From assembly GCA_965262505.1 (NCBI GenBank), contig CBDHFM010000030.1:779244-843243 (forward strand): a DNA stretch of 64,000 nucleotides. The letters are read 5' to 3'. Below, piece by piece: positions 40,306 through 50,424 of this stretch (positions within the stretch are counted from its first letter, which is position 1; each line of letters begins with the position of its first letter). The DNA comes from Vicinamibacterales bacterium. GTDB taxonomy: Bacteria; Acidobacteriota; Vicinamibacteria; Vicinamibacterales; UBA2999. The notes beneath the pieces are model-generated. The model saw nothing but the letters and a program-made list of their open reading frames with translations, did no database searches and was not told where the DNA came from. The translations under genes were made by a program, and so were the position numbers.

Positions 40306-41132
40306 ATGAGACGCGCATGCATCGTTCTGTTCCTGATCGCCTCGATCGGCTGCTCGGGCGGGTCGCCCGTCGCGCCGTCGCCGGTCGCCGAGATCGGTGC
40401 CACGTCCACCACCGTGGCTGTGGCCTTGGAGGCGCCGGTGCGACGGATAACCCATCACACGACCGGCTGGACCTTCAATTTGAAGATTGACGGGCGGTAC
40501 CAAGCGCACGTGAATAAGTATCGGAGCGTCGAGTTCACGACCCCTGAAACAGGGGATGAGGGGACACACTGGTATGTCCAGTTTCGGTCGATTGAGACCT
40601 ATAACGGACAACCGCACGAAAGAGGGTCTTTGTCGAAGCCGACCCGGGAAGGACGCGTCACATCAACGGTTTTTGGGCGAATGTGCGCTATGTCGTTCGG
40701 GCACGGTCCTACGCGAAGAAGTTCAATCATTTCTACTCGATCGGATACAACCTGATCGAGGTAGGCGGGTTCACGACGCGAAGCTGTCCGAGTGGGACTC
40801 AGCACCGGGACGGACTTCGCGGAGGCGAACCCTACCAGGAGAACCCGTACCGGTGCGAGAGGATTCCTCAACCGCCAGCCCCACCGGTCCCGGACGATCC
40901 GCTCGCACCGGGGATGATTACGGAGGAGGCGGCGACCGCTTGGGGTACGGCGAACAGCCTCACTCACTTCGCGGTGGCTTCACGGTCGAACAATCAGGGC
41001 ACGCTCTACGCGAACGTCTTCATCTTCCACGGTGGGAATGCGTGTCCGGCGACGTATACCTTTAGAAGTGGGAAGTACGCGCCGATCGGTGGTACGTACC
41101 GGAACGGCTGCACTCACCAGAGCTTATTGTAA
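40306..41132 (+). pseudogene. Predicted lipoprotein split by a frameshift near 40660-40680
   Basis: MRRACIVLFLIASIG-C lipobox; overlapping ORFs 40246-40755 and 40683-41132. Confidence 0.5.
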
Positions 41133-41347
41133 CGGCGGACAGCCAAAGGAGAAGGACAGAGCCCCGCCAGCAACGCCCAGAGGTCTGGCCGTTCGGCCGC
41201 TGACTGAGTTGGAGGAAGCATGAACGCGGCAATCATGGCTATCGTGGCCATCGTGACGGTGGGTGTCGCGCTCGCGGGCGTGATCCTCACCTCGGCCCGA
41301 CTCGTCCTCGATGCGTGCCACCGCCTGACCCGTGGGGTCTGCAGAAC

Positions 41348-42484
41348 ATGAGCGATCAGCCCGCATTCGAGCGCGTCTTGGCGTCGTTGTACGACGCCAT
41401 GCTCGACGATACCCGCTGGCCGGCCACCTCGGCCCTGATTGACGAGGCCTGCGGCCTGACAGGCAATGGCCTCATCGTCGCCGACGGCCCGAAGGACGAC
41501 GTCCGGTTGCTCGTCGTCGGGCTCTACTTCCGGGGGCAGCGCCACGAAGACCTCGAGCGCGACTACGTCGAAAACTACCATTCCATGGACGAACGGGTGC
41601 CGCGCTTCCGGCAACTGCCGTCCAGTCGCCTGGTGCACGCCACCGACCTGTACACGGCCGAGGAGTTGAAGACCTCACCGACCTACAACGAGCTGATGCG
41701 CCGGGCCGTTATGCAGGACAGCCTGAACGTCCGGCTCTCCGGGCTGGACGGCTCCCACATCGCCTGGGGCCTGAACGATCCCGCCGACTCGGACGGCTGG
41801 GGGTCTTCGCGGATCACGACGGTCACGGGGCTGCTGCCCCACATCCGGCAGTTCGTCCGCGTCCGGCAGGCGCTGGTCCGCGCCCAGGCGGGGGACACGA
41901 CCGTGACGGCCCTGCTCGAGAACCCGCGGATCGGCATCCTCCACCTGGACCGGCGCGGGCGGATCCTGGCGGTGAATGACCGCGGCCGCAGCATCCTGCG
42001 ACACGGCAAGAGGTTGTCAGACCGGGACGGGGTACTGCAGGCCGGCGCGCCGGACGATCAGGCCCGCCTGGCGCGTGTGGTGGCCGAGGCGCTGCCGACC
42101 TCCAATGCTGTCGCGGTCAGCGGGTCGATGCTGCTGGGCCGCTCGTCCGGGTTGCCGCCGCTGGTGGTGCACGTCAAACCCGTGAGGATCCCGCCGCCGG
42201 ACTACGGCGCGCGGCCCGTCGCGGCGCTGGTCCTGCTGGTCGAGCCGGGGCATCATCCGCTGGTCGATCCCGCCGTGGTTGCCAGGGCGCTGGGACTGAC
42301 GCCGGCGGAGGGTCAGGTGGCGGTCTGGTTGGCGGAGGGCAGGAGCGTGCGCGACATCGCCACGGCCACGGGTCTCACGGAAAATGCCATCTACTGGCAC
42401 CTGAAGCAGATCTACCAGACGCTGCCGATCTCCCGGCAGGTGGATCTGGTGCGGCTGGTGCTGTCGATCGCCGAGTTCGGCTAA
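41348..42484 (+). CDS. LuxR-type HTH transcriptional regulator with sensor/PAS-like regions
   Basis: C-terminal LGLTPAEGQVAVWLAEGRSVRDIA...IYWHLKQIY..L..SRQVDLVRLV. Confidence 0.88.
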   Translation: MSDQPAFERVLASLYDAMLDDTRWPATSALIDEACGLTGNGLIVADGPKDDVRLLVVGLYFRGQRHEDLERDYVENYHSMDERVPRFRQLPSSRLVHATDLYTAEELKTSPTYNELMRRAVMQDSLNVRLSGLDGSHIAWGLNDPADSDGWGSSRITTVTGLLPHIRQFVRVRQALVRAQAGDTTVTALLENPRIGILHLDRRGRILAVNDRGRSILRHGKRLSDRDGVLQAGAPDDQARLARVVAEALPTSNAVAVSGSMLLGRSSGLPPLVVHVKPVRIPPPDYGARPVAALVLLVEPGHHPLVDPAVVARALGLTPAEGQVAVWLAEGRSVRDIATATGLTENAIYWHLKQIYQTLPISRQVDLVRLVLSIAEFG

Positions 42485-42525
42485 CCACCGCCGCGGCCGG
42501 CGTTCTTGCGGGGCGGGCCGGGTAC

Positions 42526-42592
42526 CGGCCTCGTGCTGTTTCTTCTCCCACTCCCACATATTTCCTCGAACCTGCCAATCCTGGTAGTGACT
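42526..42592 (+). repeat. att-like palindromic junction, copy C
   Basis: cctgccaatcctggtagtgact at 42571-42592, with the copy-A upstream tract and a different downstream flank. Confidence 0.6.
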
Positions 42593-42765
42593 TGGTAGCG
42601 TATCTGTGTGTACGTTGAGTAGTTCAGTCTTTATACGGCGTGACTGCGAAAAGGCGCCCCTGGGGGCACTCCAACCCACGCCGATCCATCCCACCGGCCA
42701 GCGCTCAGGTGAAGCGCCGCTCGCGAGCGTTCAATCGCGACTGGGGAACGAGGGTCTTGACGCTG

Positions 42766-43763
42766 ATGTGTTTCAACACGTACCGCGGGCGCGCGCGATG
42801 TGTGCGGACGGCGATCGGCATCATCGCCCTGTTCGCCGTGCTCGTCGTCGGCCCGAGACACGCGCTGGCCCAGGAAACTGCCGTCTGCAGCGACACGCCC
42901 GGAGAGGGCGAAAGGATCGAATGCAACGAACCCTCGACGTCCAGCACGGATGTGGACCTGGGGCCTGAAGGCGTCAATATCGATACGACGGACGGTCATT
43001 TCCCAGGCGTTGCTGGCCTTCATGAAGGCACCGGTGATATCAACATCGATCTCGGATACGACCTCGTTCAAGAAGACGAAGGCGGAGATTACACGATCAG
43101 ATACAGCACCATCAGGACATCAGGGGGCTCGTCATCAGAGGACTCGGCCCCTGGCGTTTACGGCCGCCATATCGGCGCCGGCGACATCGACATCGACGTC
43201 AGGTTCACCGATATCACCACGACGAATGATTTGAGCGACGGCATTGAAGCCTTTATTGGCCATGGCACTCTAGAAACCGATGATCCGCCGTTGGCGAAGG
43301 GCAATATCGATATTGACGTTAGCGCGTTGGTGACCATTGAAACGGACGGAGGGGGCTCCGAAGGCGTTTCCGCCCGTCATAGTGGAGGCGAGGGCTGGAT
43401 CGACATCGACGTCAGGAACAGCAACATCACGACGAAAGGGGGCTTCAGCGCCAACGGCGTAAACGCGTGGCGTACAGGCACTGACACCGGCGATGTCAAT
43501 GTGACCGTGACGGACACCGACATCACGACGGAAGGTCGTTCATCTCACGGCGTCTTTGTCCAACATGCGGGCGACGACACGGCGAATATCTTCATCAACG
43601 TCGACGGCTCCGGCGGCAATCGCACGTTCAGGACTTCCGGGTACAACGCCTATGGTGTCCGGGCCTATCGTGATGTAGGCACGGATGGCCTTGGCACCGG
43701 CAACGTCACAATCGACGTTCGAGATCTCCGGATCATCACTACCGGCCCCCGGGGCCGCGGCAT
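42766..43763 (+). pseudogene. Autotransporter-passenger-like secreted protein, truncated by IS
   Basis: Signal peptide ending ALA-Q, Cys pair (VCSDTP...IEC), repeated G-D-I-D-I-D-V / ITT-G beta-helix-like motifs; breaks at the IR at 43764. Confidence 0.7.
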
Positions 43764-44845
43764 GGCGTTGTTGCACGAATCATAACTGGCCCGCACGATG
43801 CCAATCGACAAGATCCTCACCGGCCGATGCGATACGACACTGCTCGGCCGAGGGCGGTCATCCGATTGAGGATCTCACAGCCGAGGGCGGCCTCACTCCC
43901 CTGCCCAGCTGGACTCCGGGCGCGAAGGCCATCGCCGATGATGGACTTGTATCGGAAGAACGTATTCTCCACCCGGCCCTGACGATGGTACCCTGACGCC
44001 TTCTTCCAACGGCGCCGTCCGAGCTGCTTCACCAACGTGATCGTCCGGTCCCGCGCGGGCGACCGCGGGCCGTGGGCAGAGACGTTCGCCGTCCTGGCCG
44101 GTGGGACGACGACCGTCGCACCCCGCGCCCCGGCGGTCTCGTAGACGGCGACCGTGTCATAGGCCGCATCAACGGTGACGCGCACGAGAGGGCCATCGAC
44201 GGCGGTGAGCAGATCGAGGGCGGTGGTCGCATCATCACCCGTCGCCTCGGTCAGCGTGTGGACACGGATCACGCCGGACTGATCGACGCCAAGGTGGAGC
44301 TTCCGCCAGCCACGTCTGCCGGAGCCACCGTGTTTCGCGGCGGCCCACTCACCTGCCCCGACGATGGACAGCCCCGTGCTGTCGAGCACGAGATGGATGC
44401 CCTCGCCGGGCGGGACCGGTCGCAGACGGCGCCGCAGATGCTGACTGCGCCGGGAGAGCGTCGTAGAGTCGGGGGCGGAGAGGTCGAGGCGCATCATCCC
44501 GAACAGGGCGTGCAGGAACCCTTCGGCCTGGCGCAGCGGGAGATGGTAGAGGAGCCGCAGGGTCAGGGCGGTCTCGATGGCGAGATCCGAGTACCGCCGC
44601 TGCCCGCCCCGCCGGCCGCTCCGGCGGGGTGTCCAGGCAGCGATCGCCTCCGAGGACAACCACACCGTCACATCGCCGCGTCGAACGAGGGCCTGATTGT
44701 AGGCCGGCCAGTTCGCAACGCGGTACTTCGCCTTATACGTGGGATGGACCTTCGACTGCATCCCTGTAGTGTGGCTCCTGCGGAGGGTCACGAGAAGTGC
44801 GGGCCAAACCGCCCCACCCCCACAGGGTATTCATGCAACAACGCC
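43764..44845 (-). mobile_element. Complete IS903-like element, transposase 43817-44761
   Basis: Both IRs present; intact 314-aa ORF from MQSKVHPTYK; no TSD. Confidence 0.93.
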
Positions 44846-44859
44846 TCGTGTCATCACCG

Positions 44860-45122
44860 GCCTTCGTCCGCCAGCCCGAGGGGAACGGCTGCATCGAACG
44901 GTTCTTCCGCACCCTCAAGGAACAGCTGCTGTGGGTGCGCCACTTTACGGATGTCGAGGACTTGCAGCAGGCGCTGCGCACCTTCAAGGAGACCTAATAA
45001 CCAGCAGTGGTTGATCGAGCGACTCGGCTTCCGCGCACCCGCCGTCGTCCGTCGCGCGGTTGCGCTCACCACGGCCGCGTGAATACACTCACCCGGCTGT
45101 CCAAGAAATCCGTGGCGGTACA
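44860..45122 (+). mobile_element. IS3-like integrase-core 3' remnant with right end
   Basis: PEGNGCIERFFRTLKEQ...QQWLIERLGFRAP; ends in ...ggcggtaca (CA terminus). Confidence 0.75.
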
Positions 45123-45189
45123 GAGTGAGTTTCGGCTTCTCGGTCAGGCCGAGGCAGTCGTAGGTGTCGCTCTGCATAAACTCGCGTCG

Positions 45190-45303
45190 GCGTCCGCGCG
45201 GTCGGGGCGGGTGTCGCGGGCTTTGTACACCTCGCCCATGCCGCCAGCCCCGAGGGCGGAGACGATCTCATACGGACCAAGCCGAACGCCGGGGGGCGTT
45301 CAT
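45190..45303 (-). pseudogene. Ser/Thr protein kinase 5' fragment
   Basis: [32 protein letters not shown] (Gly-rich loop), then breaks. Confidence 0.85.
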
Positions 45304-45332
45304 GGGCGAATCCCTCACTTGACAAGGCCAGT

Positions 45333-45947
45333 CTACGTGTTGCTCTCAGCGACCTCGGGACGAAGTAACTCGATCTCTTCGAGAAGCTTGTGGAGTTCAA
45401 CCGTAAGAATCTCTCGGTCGCGCGCCTCGGACGCCAACTCCTGCTCCACTGTTTCGACGTCCTTCGCTTCCTTGCGAGCCTGGCGTTCGGCGCGCCGATG
45501 CTTGTGCCGAAGCTCGGCAAGGCGGTCTGCCTTGTCCTTCGCTTCGGACGCGAGCTCAGCGCCACTCAGCGCTTGCTCGGCCGTGCGCAGCGCCTGGTGA
45601 GCCTCCTTCAGCTCCATGACCTCTTTCTTGTGTTGCTCCTCGAAGGCCTGAACCTCTTCAACCGAGATTTCAAGTTCCTCCTGCACACGCAACCTAAGCT
45701 CCTGTGCCCGGGACAATACTTGTTGCTCGAGCTCCTCCACCTTCGTCGCGGCTCGCCGGATGGAATTGGTGTATCGGGCCCTCCAGCGATGGCTTCGTCT
45801 CTTGGCGGCGCGGGCCTGCAGACGCCGCATGGAGCTAGCCAAACGCTGAATCTGTCGGGTCAGAACGTTTTTCTCCTGCAAGTCTCTGAAAAGGCGCCGT
45901 TCTCGTGGGTTGTGGGCTGACATTTCGTCCGAAGCTAACGTGGACAC
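45333..45947 (-). CDS. Coiled-coil-rich hypothetical protein
   Basis: E/K/R/L-rich heptad-like ORF; no family recognised. Confidence 0.4.
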   Translation of the reverse strand: MSTLASDEMSAHNPRERRLFRDLQEKNVLTRQIQRLASSMRRLQARAAKRRSHRWRARYTNSIRRAATKVEELEQQVLSRAQELRLRVQEELEISVEEVQAFEEQHKKEVMELKEAHQALRTAEQALSGAELASEAKDKADRLAELRHKHRRAERQARKEAKDVETVEQELASEARDREILTVELHKLLEEIELLRPEVAESNT

Positions 45948-46006
45948 CGAGCCCTGTCAAGGTGACGAACAATTAGCTCGCCGACGCCGTAGTGTGCGAA
46001 AACACC

Positions 46007-47060
46007 GGCGTTGTTGTACGAATCCTCACTGGCCCGCACGATGCCCACCGACAGGATTCTCACCTGCCGATGCGATACGACACTGGTCGGCCCAGGGCGG
46101 TCATCCGATTGAGGATTTCGCAGCCGAGGACTACCTCACTCCCCTGCCCAGCTGAACTTCGGGCGCGAAGGCCATCTCCGATGATGGACTTGTAGCGGAA
46201 GAACGCATTCTCCACCCGGCCCTGACGATGGTACCCTGACACCTTCTTCCAACGGCGCCGGCCGAGCTGCTTCACCAACGTGATCGTCCGATCCCGCGCG
46301 GGCGACCGCGGGCCGTGGCCAGAGACGTTCGCCGTCCTGGCCGGTGGGACGACGACCGTCGCACCCCGCGCCCCCGCCGTTTCGTAGACGGCGACCGTGT
46401 CATAGGCGGCGTCAGCGGTGACGCGCACGAGAGGGCCCTCGACCGCAGTGAGCAGATCGAGGGCGGTGGTCGCATCATCACCCGTCTCCTCGGTCAACGT
46501 GTGGACAAGGATCACGCCTGACTGATCGACGCCAAGGTGGAGTTTCCTCCAGCCACGCTTGCCGCAGCCACCGTGTTTCGCGGCGTTGTTGCACGAATCG
46601 TCCCTGGCCCGCACGATACCCACCGACAGGATCCTCACCGACCGATGCGATATGACACTGGTCGGCCGAGCTCGGTCATCCGATTGAGGATCTCACAGCC
46701 GAGGACGACCTCACTCCCCTGTCCAGCTGGACTCCGGGCGCGAAGGCCATCGCCGATGATGGACTTGTAGCGGAAGAACGTGTTCTCCACCCGGCCCTGA
46801 CGATGGTACCCTGACGCCTTCTGCCACTGGCGCCGTCCGAGCGTCTTCACCCACGTGATCGTCCGATCCCGCGCGGGCGACCGCGGACCGTGCCCAGAGA
46901 CGTTCGCCGTCCTGGCCGGTGGGATGACGACTGTCGCCCCACGCGCCGTCGCGGTCTCGTAAACGGCGACCGTGTCATAGGCGGCGTCAGCGGTGATGCG
47001 CACGAGAGGACCATCGACCGCGTTGAGCAGATCGAGGGCGGTGGTCGCATCATCCCCCGT
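46007..47060 (-). mobile_element. Two head-to-tail truncated IS903-like copies (46007-46581 and 46582-47060)
   Basis: Terminal IRs at 46007 and 46582, each followed by the transposase C-terminal half; both 5' halves are missing. Confidence 0.88.
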
Positions 47061-47211
47061 ATCTCATATTCCGACACTGTCCACTGACAGCCGATGACAT
47101 CCACAAATATTTGTATTTACGATAGTTAAATAGCATTATCCTGTCCCATACGTTCCGATCGCATCCGCCTGATTCCGATTTATAATGGTGGGAGTAAAGA
47201 GGTGAATGAAA

Positions 47212-48435
47212 ATGGTGGATGCGACGCGAATCACCCCTGGGCGCAAGCACGGGAAGCACCCGGAGAAGGCATTGAGCGCGGCCTTTGTCCGCACGGTGAC
47301 ACGGCCGGGGCGGTACTGCGACGGGCAGGGGCTGTACGTGCTGGTGCTGCCGACCGGGGCCCGCTGTTGGGTGCAACGCCTGTTGATCAAGGGCCGCCGC
47401 CGGGAACTTGGGCTCGGCGGCTACCCTCTCGTGTCGCTGGCCGAGGCCCGCGAGATAGCGTTCGCCCAGCGTAAGGTGGCGCGGGCGGGCGGGGACCCGC
47501 TGGCCAGCAGACGGAGAGCACACGGGCAGCTCACGTTCGAGGCGGCCGCCGCCCGTGTGCTGGAGCAGCAGCGCCCCGGCTGGCGAAATGCCAAGCACGC
47601 GCTGGACTGGCCGCGCAGTCTGCGCGCCTACGCGTTCCCGCGCATTGGCGCGGTGCCGGTCTCCGAGGTCACCACCGCCGAGGTGTTGGCGATCCTCACC
47701 CCCATCTGGCACACGAAGCCCGCAACCGCCCGGCGCGTGCGACAACGGATCGGCGCCGTGATGAAGTGGGCGGTCGCGATGGGCTACCGGCCGGACAACC
47801 CGGCGGGCGATGTCCTGGGGCAGGCCCTTAGCCGGCAGCAATCCATCGTTCAACACATGCAAGCGTTGCCCCACGGCGAGGTCGCGGACGCCCTCACAAC
47901 CGTCTGGGCATCCAAGGCGTCGGTCACCACCAAGCAGGCGTTCGAGTTTCTGGTGTTGACGGGGGCGCGGTCCGGCGAAGTGCGCTTGGCGACGTGGAAC
48001 GAGATGGACCTTGACGAGCGTGTGTGGACCATCCCCGCCGCGCGGATGAAGGCGAAGCGCGATCACCGGGTCCCGCTCTCTGCGCGCGCCATGGCGGTTC
48101 TCACTGACGCGGGTGGACGACACGAGGGGACCAGCCTAGTGTTCCCCAACCCGCGTGGGAAGCCGCTCTCCGACAAGAGGCTGAGCAAGCTGATCAAAGA
48201 ACTCGGCATCGCCGCCGTGCCGCATGGGTTCCGGTCGAGCTTCCGGGACTGGGCGGCAGAGCACACGAATACGCCGCGTGAGGTGGTCGAAGCCGCGCTC
48301 GCCCATACAGTGCGCAACCCGACGGAGGCGGCCTACGCGCGGTCGGATCTGTTCGCGCGCCGCCGCCGGTTGATGGACGACTGGGCGAACTACCTCCATA
48401 GAACGCGTGGACAGGTGATACCACTCCGCCGGTGA
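47212..48435 (+). CDS. P4-like tyrosine integrase (arm-binding DUF4102-type N-terminus)
   Basis: DGQGLYVLV...RELGLGGYPLVSLAEAR; catalytic R (GARSGE), HGFR, LAH, AAYARS. Confidence 0.92.
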   Translation: MVDATRITPGRKHGKHPEKALSAAFVRTVTRPGRYCDGQGLYVLVLPTGARCWVQRLLIKGRRRELGLGGYPLVSLAEAREIAFAQRKVARAGGDPLASRRRAHGQLTFEAAAARVLEQQRPGWRNAKHALDWPRSLRAYAFPRIGAVPVSEVTTAEVLAILTPIWHTKPATARRVRQRIGAVMKWAVAMGYRPDNPAGDVLGQALSRQQSIVQHMQALPHGEVADALTTVWASKASVTTKQAFEFLVLTGARSGEVRLATWNEMDLDERVWTIPAARMKAKRDHRVPLSARAMAVLTDAGGRHEGTSLVFPNPRGKPLSDKRLSKLIKELGIAAVPHGFRSSFRDWAAEHTNTPREVVEAALAHTVRNPTEAAYARSDLFARRRRLMDDWANYLHRTRGQVIPLRR

Positions 48436-48482
48436 CAGTGCGTTGACCACACGTCGGAAATCTGCGGGCGCTGCTGCTTCAG

Positions 48483-50146
48483 CCCGGATTTCCGATTGGC
48501 TGTGGTACTTTTGCCCATGCGATCAGTCGTCACGCCTTGATTTTCGCGGGTTTCTCGAGAGAAACCAGGCCACGGAGGGTGACACCCAGTGGGTGAATTA
48601 CAAACCGCGCCCTTTCAGTTCACGTTCAACAGGTTTCTGAAGGTCGCGTTTCAGGGGTCGCGCATCACCTCCGACGCCGGCTTGATTCTGGTGCGTGAGT
48701 TGGATGAGCGTCTTGGCCTTGCGGGGCTCATCGCCGCGCACCTGCGCGATTCCCGCCACGGACGGAACACGCAGTTCCGGTTACCCGATCTCCTGCGGCA
48801 GTCGGTGTACAGCCGCTTGGCGGGCTACGAAGACCTCAACGACGCGCAGCGTCTCTCGACCGATCCGACGTTTCGTCTGATCGGATCGCCGACGCGGTGG
48901 GACCGGAGTGCGGCCCTAACCTCCACGCTCCATTGGTTCGAGACCGAGCTGCTGACCCGTGAAGAGAACCTCGTCGGGTTGATGGCCGTGAATCGCGACT
49001 TGGTCGGACAGGCTGAGACGTTCGACCACGCCGATCGTGTCGTGCTCGACATGGACTCCAGCGAGAGCCCGGTGCATGGGCAGCAGGAAGGCAGTGCCTA
49101 CAACGGGCACTTCGAGACGGTCTGCTATCACCCGCTGTTTCTGTTCAATGACGACGGGGACTGCCTGGCGGCCAAGCTACGACCGGGCAACGTCTCCAGC
49201 GCGGACGACTGGGACGAGCTGCTGGTGCCGGAGATTGAACGGCAGCAGGCGCAGGGCAAACGCGTGGCCTTCCGCGCCGACGCCGCCTTCGCGCGGCCGG
49301 CGATCTACGAGGCGCTGGAGGCACGCGGCGTCCAGTAAGCGATCCGGATACCCGCGAACAAGAGCTTGGAGCGAGAGATCGAGGACATCCTGTTTCGTCC
49401 GGCGGGACGGCCAAGCCACACGCCATTGGTCCGGTACAAGAGTGTCCGCTATCAGGCGGACAGCTGGACCACGCCCCGACGGGTCGTGGCAAAAGTCGAG
49501 CACCACGTCGGCGAGCTGTTCCCGCGCGTCGGCGTCATCGTCACGAATCTCCCGCTCCAGCATCGTGCCGTCGTGCGGTTTTACAATAAGCGCGGGACGG
49601 CGGAGCAATGGATCAAGGAAGGCAAGCAGGCCGCGCATTGGACGCGCCTGTCGTGTCATCGGTACCGGGCGAACGAGGTCCGCTTGCAACTGAGCGTACT
49701 GGCCTACAACCTCGGGAACCTCTGGCGGCGGCTGGTGCTCCCGAAGCGGATCGACACCTGGTCGCTGACCAGTCTCCAGCAGCGCCTTGTCAAGACGGGT
49801 GGCCGGCTGGTGAAACACGCGCGCTATTACTGGCTGCTGCTGGCGGAGAGTCACTTGACCCGACACCTGTTCGGGGCGATGCTTCAGAGGATCTGGGCGC
49901 TACCGGTCCCGGCAGGTTGACGCGCGGCGAGTGCAAGGACGCTGGCTTGGCAACGCGAGGACACAAGCGAGGAGCGGTGTCTAAGGAATGCCTTGGAAGC
50001 ACGGACCTCCAGCCCGCTGCACGTCAGCGCGGGCTGAGTGACGGCCTCAGAGCCTGGACGATGTGCGATGAAGAAGATTCTCGTGAGCGCTGCGGCTTTC
50101 GGATGTATAAGCGGTCCATCTTGGGCGGGCAAAACGGAAATCCCGG
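48483..50146 (+). mobile_element. IS1380-family element; transposase 48589-49920 with in-frame TAA at 49336-49338
   Basis: TSDAGLILVRELD, LDMDSS, HGQQEGSAYNGHF, FRADAAF, FYNKRGTAEQWIKE; imperfect IRs cccggatttccgatt / aaacggaaatcccgg. Confidence 0.88.
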
Positions 50147-50338
50147 CTTGATGCTCAAGGAAGACGCGAGTTCTCAAGACACGTCAACGGAGCCCTATTT
50201 CATTGTCGTCCAGAACTGGTTCGAGGAACTGCGGCGGCTGGTGCCGACGGAGTAGGTTGCGTGAGGCGATGGGGGAGGTGTATCGGGCGGCGGAATACGA
50301 AGCTGAAGCGTCAGGTCGCCGTCAAGGTGTTGCTGGAG
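50147..50338 (+). pseudogene. Kinase-family C-terminal fragment followed by a kinase 5' fragment
   Basis: FIVVQNWFEELRRLVPTE* (a C-terminus I recognise from kinase/beta-propeller proteins), then MGEVYRA...TKLKRQVAVKVL with a frameshift. Confidence 0.75.
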
Positions 50339-50424
50339 TGAGCCGCTGGAGAAATACAACAAGACAATCGAATGGACGTTCGTAGGTTGTGGGCGAGTAC
50401 GCCTCATCTCGGAGGGTGCGATCG

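Noticed and set aside
34401-44845. Composite transposon formed by the two complete IS903-like copies
   Set aside because: The outer flanks (ggtcgacga and tcgtgtcat) do not form a duplication, and both inner and outer genes are truncated.
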